From Gracilinanus agilis (lineage: Eukaryota), in contig NC_058134.1 of assembly GCF_016433145.1 (NCBI RefSeq), positions 218,425,550 through 218,489,549 on the forward strand: a stretch of 64,000 nucleotides of DNA. The letters are read 5' to 3'. Of the stretch, positions 34,048 to 46,479 are shown one piece after another (the first letter of the stretch is position 1; every line of letters begins with the position of its first letter). The translations under genes were made by a program, and so were the position numbers. The notes under the pieces are model-generated. The model made no database searches, was not told the DNA's origin, and worked only from the letters and a program-made list of their open reading frames with translations.

Positions 34048-34184
34048 CAGATAGATAGATAGATAGATAGACAGATGCATGAATAAAGAGAAAGAGAGAC
34101 GGATAAATAGACAGATAGATGAATGGATGGATGGATAGAGGGATAGAGAGAGATAAAGAGAGATAGAAAGAATAAAGAGAGATG

Positions 34185-34227
<43 letters not shown>

Positions 34228-34239
34228 GAATAAAGAGAG
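34048..34239. repeat. (GATA)n / (GGAT)n / (GA) microsatellite running into a gap
   Basis: Long gata runs at 34048-34071 and 34184-34227. Confidence 0.95.
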
Positions 34240-34404
34240 NNNNNNNNNNNNNNNNNNNNNNNNNNNNNNNNNNNNNNNNNNNNNNNNNNNNNNNNNNNNN
34301 NNNNNNNNNNNNNNNNNNNNNNNNNNNNNNNNNNNNNNNNNNNNNNNNNNNNNNNNNNNNNNNNNNNNNNNNNNNNNNNNNNNNNNNNNNNNNNNNNNNN
34401 NNNN
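34240..34404. other. Assembly gap (N run)
   Basis: 165 N. Confidence 0.99.
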
Positions 34405-34899
34405 GGAAGTAGAACTCGTCTTGCAGCTAGGAGATCTGCATCTAGGTCCTGTCTCTGAACCTTCCTTATTGGGTTAAGAGCCTCAGTTCCCTCCTCCCAA
34501 CATCACTACAAGACAAATGCTTTATAAACTTCAATATATTTTTCAAATATGAATCATTATTCTTGCAAATTAGTCAGTGTGGCACACTGGAACGTGTCCT
34601 GAACTTGCCCACTGATCTTGGAATGAGCGGACCTGGTTTCAAATCTGGTCTCTACTACTTACCATCTGTGTGGCTTTGGACAAATCATTTAATCTCTCTG
34701 GATCTCAGTTTCTTCATCTATAAAACTGGGGGTCAGTGAATTCTAAAGACCCTTCTTGCTCTAAATCCATGAGCCTATGAATATGTTAGTAACAGCAACA
34801 CCTTTCCCCCTCCCCTCTGGTCCGAGGAGAGAGACCCCTATCATTCACTAAGATAAATCCCTCTGTCAACTCAAATCCCATCCTCTTTAAGAGGTCTTT

Positions 34900-35640
34900 T
34901 TTTTATTCCCCAACTATTACTGCTTTTCCTCTAAGATCACCTCCAATATATACTGTCTATATCTTGTATGTACACATTTATTTGCAAGTTGTCTTCCCCA
35001 ATTAGAATGTGAGCTCCTTGAGTACAGGGGGGCATGGTTTTGCCTTTCTTTCTATCCCTAAAACTTAGCACAGGATCTGATATATAGTAAGCACCTAATA
35101 TGTGTTTATTAATTATGATAATGAAGATGATGATGAAGATGATGATGATGATGATGATGACCTTGTCCTTGATCTCATTTCCTCTTGCCCCTTCCTGGAC
35201 CACCTCTAGCAGTCAAACAATTGTATCTTCAAACTCTCCCTCCCCACCAACTCATCCAATACATCTTACCTACCACAAGTGCCCCAAATTCTAAAAAATA
35301 GCAATGTTGCCCTGACTACTCTCTTATCACATCCTGTTACTGTCTCATCTCCCACCTCCTTTTCATTGCTCAGCCTTTGGGAAAAGTTTTGGTTTTTTTC
35401 CCCACCTAGTTCCTACTTTCTTTCTTCCATCCTTCAAAGTATAGCTTTTGCCTCACCGCTAGGCTAAAATTATTCTAAGGTCATCACAGACCAACCTACC
35501 TGTCAAAGATACCGGCCATTTTCACAATTCTACTTGATCTGTCTACAGGCTCCCCTTCCTCCCACCTCTCTCCTGCCTTTGTTTCAGAGTCATCCCTGAT
35601 GGTTAGGCTCTCTTTCCAGCTTTCCAAACATACCTTCCCT
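34900..35640 (+). mobile_element. L2 fragments (3' end and body) with a (GAT)n microsatellite at about 35113-35160
   Basis: gaatgtgagctccttgag..cttagcacagg..atagtaagcacctaata L2 tail; pyrimidine-rich L2 body after 35160. Confidence 0.7.
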
Positions 35641-36469
35641 CAAGCAACTTACATTCTCTCAGAGGAAACGTGTACACAGACAAGTAAATACAAAATAGAA
35701 ACAAAGTAATTTTGCAGGGGAAGGACTTTGGCAAGTGGAGGGATCAGAATAGACTTCCTGTAAGAGGTGGCATTTGAACTGACCTTTGGGAAAAAAATAA
35801 AAAACTCTTGTCAACCAACCAATCAATCAGCAAGCATTCAGTTAGTCCCTAGGGCTAAAAAGCAAAAGAATGAAGCCATATCTGCCCATTAGGAACTTCC
35901 ATTTCATTGGGGGAAACATATGCACTCAGAAATATATGCAAATAAAAATGTTCTTAATCAATTAAAAATGTAATGAAATATATACAAATATAATATGTAT
36001 ATGTGTGCGAAATACAATGTAATTTGGTAGAGGGAAGTGTTGGTAGCTCAGATCAAGAGAGGCTTTATGGGAAGGTGGCCCTTGAGGTGAGTCTTAAAAG
36101 AAACAAAGTTTTCTAACTCAAGGAGGTCAGAGAAGGAGAGCATCCATTAAGGAGAATGGTCTGTGGAAAGGCCCAGGGTGGGCAGATGGAGGGCCAGATG
36201 GGAGGACTAGAGAGAAGACCAGTTTGACTTGACTTCAACTGTGTAACGGCAGGTAACGTACAAGCCTAGAAAGATTGACTGGAACCAAGTTGAGAAGGAC
36301 TTTAAATGCCCAGCAGAGGAGTTGGTAATTGTTCCTATAAGTCTCTCATCATTATGCCTCTCACAAGAGCTTTCCAGGTCCAACTCTGTTATTTCTTTGG
36401 CCTCCTTTGGGAGCTGAATGACTTTAGACTCCATGAGGAACTCCATTCCTAAGACAGTGTTCTGTTGTT

Positions 36470-36830
36470 TCATTCTTCAGTCACATCTGACTCTTTGTGA
36501 CTCATTTGGGGTTTTCTTGGCAGAGATACTGGAGTGGTTGGCCATTTCCTTCTCCAGGTCATTTTACAGATGAGGAAATTGAGGCAAACAGGATTAAGTG
36601 ACTTAACCAATTGTAAGTGACTTGCTCAATTGTTGTTCAGGTCTGTCTGATTCTTCATGGCCCCATTTGAGGTTTTCTTGGCAAAGATAGTGGAATGGTT
36701 GGCCATTTCCTTCTCCAGTTCATTTCACAGATGAGCAGACTGAGGCAAACAGAGCTAAGTGATTTGCCGAGGTTGAATTTGAACTCATGAAGATGAGTCT
36801 TCCTGATTCCAAGTGCTCCATCTACTATGT
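36470..36830 (-). mobile_element. Two tandem MAR1-type SINEs
   Basis: ggttttcttggcagagatactggagtggttggccatttccttctccagg occurs twice (near 36510 and 36670). Confidence 0.88.
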
Positions 36831-37618
36831 CATCTCTCTACCCCACAGTGCCCTATACAACTGTTCAATGAATGAATAAATGAGTAGAGTGAGTGAATGA
36901 ATCCAGCTCAGTGCAGTCAGACTGGAGACATAAAGTTGATGATCAGGGCTGAGTATATTCTCCTGTTAGTGGGTCCCTGGGGGTGCCCTGAAAATTCACT
37001 CCCAGCTTGGCTGAGGTCGCTGCTGTACCATCCACCTCAGATCAAAGGCTGTCTTGGAATTTTCTTGCCCCTTGTGGGAGTTTCTCATTCTTCTGTCACA
37101 GCCTCACACATCTCCTCCCCTCAAGCCATATGTCAGAGCTTGACCTGAATGTGTTCCCTTTTCAGGTCCCAAAATCTTATCTAAGCCAAGTACCGGGGAC
37201 ATGACGGGCCCCGTGTGACAGCCTGGCTTTAGGGAGGGAGGCGGCTCAGTGACATTCTTCTCCCTCAAACCAAGAGCCTACAAAGTCAATGTTCCCTCAA
37301 AGTGAGGACTGGGGAGTGCACATTTGACAGAAAGTCCACAGAGAGGCCTTTTGGAAAAGGGGGAGGAAAGGAAGAAAGGGTGGAAAGGATACCACACTGG
37401 AGGGTCCAAGAACAATTCTGCCTCTACCTAAGGACCTTGGACAAGTCCCTGGGCCTCAGTTTTCTCATTTTTTAATATGAAGGGTTTAGACTCAAATGTA
37501 TTCTGACTCTAAGATTCTAAATTACATAAAGAAAGGATTCCAGTGATTTTGTCACTCATGCTAGAAAGTCAGATGGCCAAGAAATAGTCACCTTACTGTG
37601 TGCAGAGACCAGTGAGAC

Positions 37619-37621
<3 letters not shown>

Positions 37622-37658
<37 letters not shown>
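37622..37658. repeat. (GA)n microsatellite
   Basis: Perfect GA run. Confidence 0.97.
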
Positions 37659-37659
<1 letters not shown>

Positions 37660-38689
37660 ATATGCTGAGTGAATTGAGTCCTAATTCTCAGAAAGAGAAT
37701 CTATATGTGCCTTTCTCTAGGTCGTGTTGTCTTTTTCTTGGTTCAGATGGACGATTTTATCGAGTATAGGAACTCTCAGGGTGGGGACATCTTCTACCAC
37801 TATATGCCTGGCAGCTCATCTGCAGCTTAGAGAGTCACCTAAATGATTTCTCTAGAATCACCCAGCTCCTAAGTATCTGAGGCAGGATCTGAACCCAGCT
37901 CTTCCTGACTCCATGGTCAACACTCTCTCCACTAAGCACCATCGATTTTTTTTCAATTATCAAAAAAAAAAACATTTATTAGTTGATAAGCAGAATCTAA
38001 CAGAGAATAGAAGAGGTCTTTATAAAAAGAACATATGAAATAAATTAAGAAGCATATATGATGTGATCTTATTCACATGAACAGGACATTGAATTAGAAT
38101 TGTAAGGCCCAAGTTCAAATCTAGCCTGTTATCCTTACTGTGTGACCCTGGGCAAATCATTTCCCCTCTCTGAGGCTCAGTTTCCTCAAAAGGGGGGATA
38201 ATACTAGTACTAAGCACCATCTATCTTTAGGAAGTTTCATCCTGTCCTTTGGATCATAGGCTCACTGATCTAGAGCTTGAAGGGACCTTAGAGGCCATCG
38301 AGTCCAACTGCCTCATTTTACAGGAATAAATTTCTTCTCTGCCTGGAGCAGGTTGGGCAGGAAGGGGCCCTAAGAGGAAGAAGCACTTACAGAATAAGTA
38401 GGAACTTAGCAGAGGAGACTGCTGACCCAGGAAAGAAGCAACGTGATTAAGAACCATAGAGAGAGCTGCCCAGTTTGACCAGGACAGGTATGGAAAATGG
38501 TCCGGTTTTAACAGAGAGGAGTGTGCATGGACAGGAGTAACATGAGACAAGCAGTCTGGGTTATGTCTTGTCCATATCTGGGCATTTCCTCTGACAAAGT
38601 AACTCCATCTAAATAAAAACTGATATCCGTGTGGTATGACCTATAATAAATGAGCCCATTGCTGATTCTTAGTGATTGCTGCTTCCCTT

Positions 38690-38870
38690 TTTAAAAAAAA
38701 AAAAAAAAAACCCTGACCTTCGGCCTCAGAATCAATACTATGTATTGGTTCCAAGATGAAAGAGAGGTAAGGGCTAGGCCATGGGGGTTAAGTGACTTGC
38801 CCAGGATCACACAGCTAGGAAGTGTCTGAGGCCAGATTTGAAGCTCTGACTCTGGGCCATCCAGCTGCCT
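38690..38870 (-). mobile_element. SINE1_Mdo-type SINE with deletion near the head
   Basis: ccctgaccttc..agaatcaatactatgtattggttccaag..ggggttaagtgacttgcccagg. Confidence 0.88.
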
Positions 38871-38904
38871 AATTCAAATGGGGAAATCTCTCCCAATTGA
38901 ATGA

Positions 38905-38972
38905 TTTAACATATAATTATTTATGTTTAACATATAATTTATATATATTTAACATATAATTTAACATATAAT
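38905..38972. repeat. AT-rich repeat with four copies of taacatataat
   Basis: Motif visible four times within about 70 bp. Confidence 0.8.
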
Positions 38973-40163
38973 AGTTATGAGTAGTTCTGAATTCAACTGA
39001 ACAGAAGTGGTCAATGTTGCAGGCTGAGGCCAGATTCCTGAAGTGCGTAGAGCAAGCCAAACATCAGGCAGATGAAAAAATTGGTGTGAAGATCGGTTTG
39101 GGAGACGGAGGGTCGACGCCCCAAGCTTTTGACTTAGCACAAAGGCTCCTATGCCGGGCCTCTGGATCGTTACAGAAATACAGATCAAAGGAGACAATGC
39201 ACGTAAAGGACTTTGTGAACCTTAAAGCATAATATAAATGTCAGTTCTTGATATTATTGCTACATTTATGGACAAAGACTGTGCTCTGGTGGGAAAATTC
39301 ATAGAACGTTCGATCTGGAATAGATCATTGGGAGCATAGAGTCCAGCCTTATTATTTAACACATGGACAGACTCCATCCCTGAGAACAGAAGAGACTGGC
39401 CTAAACTCACACAGCAGTTTGGTGACTAAACAAGAACAAGGACCTGAGTCTTGCGACTGCTAGTCCAGGGCCCTTCTCCGTCCCCTTATAGGATGGCCTG
39501 ATTAGCAGAGTTTGGGAGAAGCCCAAGAAAGAAGAAGCTCTAAGTCCTGGCACCATCCACAAAATATGGAGATGGTAGGGGACCACCCAGGGATGTCTAG
39601 GATTAAATAAATACCCATTGCTCAGTGCTTGGAGGTGATGGCTGTGAGTGCTGGCCTCCCCTGTTCCAAGGCCTCTCCCAGCCCTGACACTCCCTATTCT
39701 AAGCAGGATCAGCAGCCCCAGCGATGCTGCTGCTCCCTAAAGTAAGAAACCTGGGAACGTTCCTTTATTCTCTTTGTCCTCCACACCAGAGAGGATCACT
39801 TAGGGCAGAGGGAAGGAGGTCCTAAGCCCCTGCTCTTTCAGCAGCCCCTGCTGACGCCATCTCTGCAGCTCGTTGCGTGGCTTCACTATGAATGTCAAGA
39901 AGACAAATTTTAAGAGGATTGTGAATGAATTGAGTTCAAGGCCTCCAGCCACACAGACTCTCAGGACATGGACTCTTCCTTCTGTAAATGGCCCCTGGAC
40001 CCCTTTGCCTTGGACCTAAGGCAGGTCAAAGATGAAATGACTGAGGAAGGAAAGGTTTGATCTTCTGAGCATCCCAATTTATCAAGCAATGCATGCCAAT
40101 TGCCTAATAAATCGGGACCAGACCTCCTCAGCTTAGGACTAGACCCAAAATATAGGGGGAGGA

Positions 40164-40365
40164 TGGGGGCACCTGGGTAGCTCAGTGAATTGAGAGTCAG
40201 AGCTAGAGATGGGAGGTCCTGGGTTCAAATCTGGTCTCAGACACTTCCCTGCTGTGTGACCCTGGGCAAGTCACGTAACCCCCATTGCCTAGCCCTTACC
40301 ACTATTCTGTCTTAGAATCAATACATAATATTGATTCTAAGGCAGAAAGTGAGGGTTTTTTTTTA
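40164..40365 (+). mobile_element. SINE1_Mdo-type SINE
   Basis: ggggcacctgggtagctcagtgaattgagagtcag...gcagaaagtgagggttttttt. Confidence 0.9.
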
Positions 40366-40433
40366 AATAAATAGATAAATAAATAAATACAGGGGGAGGC
40401 AGACTTGGGTTTACATTAAAAACAATTACTCAA

Positions 40434-40620
40434 GGGGGCAGCTGGGTAGCTCAGTGGATTGAGAGCCAGGCCTAGAGACAGGAGGTCCTAGGTTCAAATC
40501 CGGCCTCAGACACTTCCTAGCTGTGTGACCCTGGGCAAGTCACTTGACCCCCATTGCCTACCCTTACTACTCTTCCACCTATAAGTCAATACACAGAAGT
40601 TAAGGGTTTAAAAAAAAAAA
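40434..40620 (+). mobile_element. Young SINE1_Mdo-type SINE, short-tail variant, perfect 16-bp TSD
   Basis: TSD aaaaacaattactcaa at 40418-40433 and 40616-40631; TT|AAAA nick site; uninterrupted poly(A). Confidence 0.95.
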
Positions 40621-40639
40621 CAATTACTCAAATAAAGCC

Positions 40640-41160
40640 AACTAATAAAGAGGAAACAATCCAACATTAGATAATCTGATTTCTAATTGGAAGAAAGATT
40701 AAGGACTTTCCAAGCTGGGAGGGAGAAAGTGAATAAATGTGATATCCTGAATTCAGAAAAGATTTCCCACTCCCCACAAGTGTCTGTAAACAATCAAAGG
40801 AATGTGGAAACAATAGCTGATTGACTTCTATGGGGCTAGTTTTCAGACAAAACATATGATTGCTTGAGATGTATAATCGTGAGAACATTCGCATCAGTCT
40901 GGATCTGGCAGAGTCTCTGCTCAGCAGAATGGAGGGTCCTTGGCTGAGGGTCTCAGATAGAAGGGGTCCAGCTTCCCAGCCAAGCAGGACTAGGTTTGAA
41001 CCCTACAATACGGTTTTCTCCCATTTCCCACAACTGAGTAAAATTTTCTCCTAAGACAGAATTTGTCCTAGACCCATAATTGAATAAAAAAGAAAGTGAG
41101 CTGACTCCAGAATCGAGTCACAAGATGGAGTCAGTGTGGATCACTCAATCCCCACAATTA
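40640..41160 (-). mobile_element. Possible LTR-type remnant
   Basis: Minus strand begins TGTGGGG at 41156 and contains gactccatcttg, common near LTR 5' ends; other boundary and TSD not found. Confidence 0.3.
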
Positions 41161-41479
41161 ACCACTTGCTGTTCTAACCTCCTGGCTTCCCTCAATTTCC
41201 TGACACCAGGCTGTTCCAGCTCCCAATGGATTCCATACCTTCACTGAACCTCCAAAAGAGGAAATGAGTCTCACCCATGTAGCTCATTAATTCGGAGGCC
41301 TATTCTTGACTCTCAGAATCCGGAGGTGTGCTGTCCCTCGCCCCACACGGACCGCTCCACACTGCCGCCCTTGGATCTCAGAGCCTCACTTTCAGGACCT
41401 GCTTTCTCTCATTTGTCCTCCACACTGCCAGGTGTAGGAAGGGGAGAGATGGAAGGCAAGGAGACTGGCCGATCAATCA

Positions 41480-41900
41480 ATTGGCATTTACTAGATGCCA
41501 ATTAAGTGTCAGGCACCGGGGATGAAACAAGCCCTACTCCAAAGGGCTGCTTCACATTCTAACGAGCCATTGCAGTAGTCTAAACAGAAGGTAATGAGGT
41601 CCTGAACAAGGATGGTGACTGGGAATGGAGAGAAGGGCAAGATGTCCTCCTGGTAGAATTTATGAGACAGGACAATAAACAGATTCAGAAATAACACGCC
41701 AGGGCAAGGGCTTTAGATTTGTGAATAAAGGAAATCTGATTCCATACTAGGTGGCCCTTACATTTCCTAGGGAAGTCCCGCTCTCTTCCTACAGTTCCCC
41801 TAGTCCATCCTGCCTCATCGTCACTCTCAGCCTCTCTTTGGTGGACTCTATTGGAGAATGGCATCTTCAGCCCCAAAACGTTCCCTCCCACTCCTGGTGC
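41480..41900 (-). mobile_element. L2 ORF2 C-terminal fragment
   Basis: Minus frame TILVQDLITFCLDYCNGSL matches the L2 motif LVQALIxSxLDYCNSLL. Confidence 0.8.
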
Positions 41901-43011
41901 TAACTTGGAGACTGGCCCACCAGACGCACCTGGTCAGATTTCTTTGGTCCATTCTATAATCCCAGGCTCCCCCTCAAATAATCCATAATCAGGAAGCCTG
42001 ATAGTCCAGCATCTGTGTGGGGTTCCAGGACTCCGTAACCATCAGCTATTTAACTATCTCCCCTTTCTCTGTTTAAGGCAGGGAGGTAGGAGTGAGTGTG
42101 ATGAGGATGAGGATGAGGATGATGATGATAAGCATTGATGTAGAAAATTGTCTTGTGATCTTGATATTCATTATTTCACCCCCAAAAAGAAACACAGAAT
42201 TATAGGGCTCAGAGCAGAAAAGCATCTTAGGAATCATATAGTCCAACAAGCTCATCTTACTGAATAGGAAACTGAGACATACAGAGATTTAGGGAGGGGG
42301 TTTGGTGGTTGTTTCTTAGCTCTTACTTTCGATCCTAGTAACAACTCTAAGACAAGGGAAAGGACTAGTTAAATGGGATTAAGTGACTTGTCTAGGGTCA
42401 CACAGCCAGGAAGTATATGAGGCTAAACTCGAACCCAGATCCTCCTAACTCCAAGCCTAGTACTCAATCAACTGTGCCTCCTAGGTGCTCCCACATAGAG
42501 GTTTAAGTTATTTACCCAAGGCTACTGGGAGCATACACTGTCCATGCTGCCCTAGTTTCTGGATTCCTAACCAAATCAATATCATCATTGCTACTAAAAA
42601 GCGTGGGTCAATCTACTCTCCCATTTCTCCTCTCACCATTCCTGTAATTTCCCAAACCAGTATGGGAAAAGGGGTTAAGGAAGGGCAACCCCATACAATT
42701 ACATTTTATGCCATCATCTTAAAAATAGGCTCCAATGCCCCTGGCAAGAAAGCCAAAGATGATCCCTTATATTCTAGGGCCCAAATCTCCCACCTCTTCC
42801 CCCTCTTCCTGGCAGTACCCAAATATTTAATAAACTCAAGCTCTCCTGCTTCCAGCCACCCACTTCCTAGGCCCTGGCAAAGGCCCTTGATGCCCTCTTC
42901 CCAGAGTCATCCTCTATGCCATCCTTGTCAGGAGCTGCAGTGGGTTCTAGGAGCCAGTGGCAGGAAGATTTAGCCCACCAATGGCTCTGGCTTCCACGGA
43001 GATGGGGAAGA

Positions 43012-43068
43012 AGAGGAGGAGGAGGAGGAGGAGGAGGAAGAAGAGGAGGAGGAGAAGGAGGAGGTGGG
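43012..43068. repeat. (GAG)n trinucleotide repeat
   Basis: gaggaggag... with single interruptions. Confidence 0.92.
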
Positions 43069-43889
43069 AGGCTGGGCAAGCCCCTTCCTGACCCCTTCAG
43101 ACAGCACTCATTTATTAGACCATCTGCTCTGCCCTCGCCAGAGCTGATGCTGGGGCTATGTGAGTCAGGGCACTCAGGCGGAAGCTGGCCCGCACACGGC
43201 TGGCCATGTGTTTGCCTCCTAGCAATGCGATGGTCAGCTGGAGCAATACTCTGCCACCCTCCCTATGTGGGAGAGAGATAATGTGAGCTCTGGAGCAGCA
43301 GGGAAACCCAGGAATAAGATGGGTTAAAAATGGTATCAACAATGACAACAGCATCAAAAGTCAGCATTGCTCAGTTTTGTAAGCTTCTATTGTTGGCAAA
43401 GCTCTTTCCTAGGTGGGGAAAACAAGAAAAGAGGAAGTGAGGGAAGCAAGTCCAATTACTCCCTTTTTCCAGATCAAGAAACTGAGGTTCAGGAAATTAA
43501 ATTACTTGTCCAGGGTCACAGAACTCCTAAATGGGTGGGAGAGTTGGGGTTTAAACCAAGGTGCTCCTGCCTGGAGGTCCAAAACTCTTTCCATTCCACC
43601 AGGCAGCCCAGAAATGAGCATTAAAACAAGGAGAAGGATTATGAGAAAGGACATGATTTGAGGTAGCGAATTAAATGTGCCTCTTCTTCAGAAAGAAAGC
43701 TGGGGCATGGAAGGTAGCAACCTAGTAGAGTGTCAGTAGCATTGAACTGCTAGGTATGTGTCCTCTAGCAAATCCTTTCAACACTCTAAGCCTCAGTTTC
43801 TTCATCTCTATAACGGGGGTGATAATCTTTGCACTACCTATCTTAAAGAGGAGTTTTGGGCAAACAATTTGAAATAGTGTTAAAAGAGA

Positions 43890-44080
43890 GGCAGAGATGC
43901 AGTTATGTTGCCCAATGGATAGAGAGCCAGGTCTGGAGACAGGAGGTCCTGAGTTCAAATCTGACCTCAGACACTTCCTAGTTGTGTGAACCTGGGCAAG
44001 TCACTTATCCCCCATTGCCTAGCCTTTACTGCTAGTCTGCCTTAGAACCAATACTTAGTATTGATTCTAAGACAGAAGGT
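43890..44080 (+). mobile_element. SINE1_Mdo-type SINE followed by (GGGA)/(GACA) repeat to about 44230
   Basis: ggatagagagccaggtctggagacaggaggtcctgagttcaaat...gattctaagacagaaggtgag. Confidence 0.88.
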
Positions 44081-44369
44081 GAGAGAGAGAGAGGGAGGGA
44101 GGGAGGGAAGGAAGAGAGGGAAGGAAGGAAGGAGGGAAGGACCAAGATAGAGATAATAGAGACAGACAGACAAACAGAAACAGAGACAGACAGAGAGACA
44201 GACACTGAAACAGAGAGACAGAGAGAGAAACAAAGGCATCAATAGATGTACTCTGACCTGGGCAGAATAAAGGAAGAATCCTGTCATCTAAGCTTACACT
44301 ACCCTTTTTGGATACCTTCCTATCACATTGTTGACTCTGGTGAGCTCAAAGTCTACTGAAAACCCCAGG

Positions 44370-44610
44370 CAGTTTTTCTGCATCAACTCTTGTTCCAAAT
44401 AGTCCCCATACTATCTTGGTGCAATTGATTTTTTGAACCCAAGTGCAGGGCTTTACATTTGTCCCCATCAAATGTTACCTTTTTACATTTATTCCATTGT
44501 TCTAGTCGGTCGATCTTTTCAAAAATTCCAATTCTGACACTGAAAACATCCACTATTTCTCCAAGCTTTATGTCATTAGAAAATTTGATAAGCATGCTTT
44601 CTAAATTTAG
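44370..44610 (-). mobile_element. L3/CR1 RT fragment (catalytic-motif region)
   Basis: Minus ORF MLIKFSNDIKLG..IDRLEQWN..DKCKALHLGSKNQLH matches CR1 MLIKFADDTKLG..DLDRLEQWA..KCKVLHLG. Confidence 0.9.
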
Positions 44611-46479
44611 CCAGTAGGTGGCATGAATTGATAACGACTCACTGGGTCATCGCAAACTTACTCTAGCAATTTATTAGTCCTTACTAGGGCTGAAGCACCC
44701 AGTGCCGTGCTCCCTCTGGATAAAAGAAAGTCAGGGACCTTCTATGGCTCCGCTTCACCCCTGTCTCCAGTGAAGCAGCACTCCGGGTTCTAGCAGACAT
44801 ATGGATTTGGGAATGTACCAATGAGAACTTAGCTGTGAACCCCCACCCACTGGCTAACTCTTCTCAGGGCCTTGGCATAATGGAATTAGTTTGCTGTAAA
44901 AGCAGACACCCGTGCTAGAATGCTGCCTACAGCATTTTGACTCAGCATAGAATCGATAAGCAAATAAACAGTACTTAATAAAAAGGAGACAATGCATAAT
45001 AATAAACAATAAACTACTGAGCCAATGTAAGCCCTCTGCTGGCCTGGATTCTGGAAGTCTTCCCTCCCTGCCCCCATCCCCCTCAACCTGGGATCAACTG
45101 AGACCTAAGAGTTCTGAGTAACAGTTTGCCTCCCTTGAGCAGACCAAGGAGAATGACAACACAATCTCTAGAGGATGGTCAACTCATGAACAATGACCAA
45201 TCATCAGGTATTGATGGAGACAGTTAAGAAAATATTTATTAAGCACCTACTATGTGCCAGGAACTGGGTTATGTACTTCTTTTTCTAAACCCTTACCCTC
45301 TATCTTAGAACCCATATTGAGTATCGGTTCTAAGGCAGAAGAGTTGTAAGGGCTAGGCAATTGGAGTTGTGACTTGCCCAGGGTCACACAGTTAGGAAGT
45401 ATCTAAAGTCATAGTCTAATATCATAAAGTCTGAACTCTGGGAATCATCTATAAAGAGGTTCTAGTCAGAGCCACAGGAGCTAATGAGATCACCGAGAGA
45501 GCATATAGAAAGGGAAGAGAAGACAACCCAGGACAGAGCCTCAGGGGACACCCAAGAGGTAAGCCTTTGTCCTCAGCCGGCCTGACTCAGACCAGCATCC
45601 TGGTGGTTTAAGTCTAAGACTGAAATAAAATGAGATACTCATAGGTCCAACAGCATTTAGTAGACAACCATAGCAAGAGAAGGATATTCAACAAGGACAG
45701 GGACTGAAGATACCACAAGTTGATTTGGCCAAGCAAAGTTCTCTGGTTCTGAATTGCCCACTGTGCCTCTTTGTACTCAGAAAGTGAAGGCAACAACGTG
45801 TACTTTCAGCCAATTGGGCCAATCCAATCTTAAAGACCATCTCAATTCCTTTTGAGGAAAAATGGCCTTATATGTCTGCAGGAACTTCATCAATATTCCA
45901 GGTGCTGCCGTATCTTGAGGGAGAACGGTCTATTCACAGGAACTCCAGTCTCTGATCCATGTCCCAAAAAAGAAAATGAGAGACATAAGGAGGCTGAAAG
46001 CTGAGCTCTAGGCGCATGGAGGGAGTTGCAAAGTTTAGCTAATAAATGCTCCTACCATAATGGAGCCCCCAGTCTTCTAGAGTCCCAACTCTAGGTCATC
46101 TGGTCAAGTCCATACAGCACTCCCTCTGTTTCTACCATCCTTTGAATCTCCAGTTTTTATCCTGGTGTCCGGCACAAAGTACTTAATCAATGCATGCTGA
46201 TCAGCTAACCCTAAGCCACTCTTCTCTGCTCCTACAACTCAGAGGCAGGTAAGGAGAAATTGCAGCATTGTGTGCTGGAAATCCAAGGGAGAGAGAGAGT
46301 GCCCCCAAAGGGTCAGACCATTTCACAGCTCACCGTGTGAGCTCGCTTGCGAGGAGAGCGTGCCCCTCTGCTCCTCAGTCCTGCATCGGGGAGCAGCCCT
46401 AGCCTCTGACACCCAATCAGTGAGGCACCTTTAGGCATGCCTGACCAGTGCCTCCTTCCAGGGCCATTAATCAACACTC

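Noticed and set aside
39837-39858. REST/RE1-like site (TTCAGCA...); also GCTGTCC at about 41329
   Set aside because: Only one half-site matches in each case
42485-43281. ORFs of 162 aa and 121 aa (poly-Gly/Pro)
   Set aside because: They start in a SINE or are driven by the (GAG)n repeat
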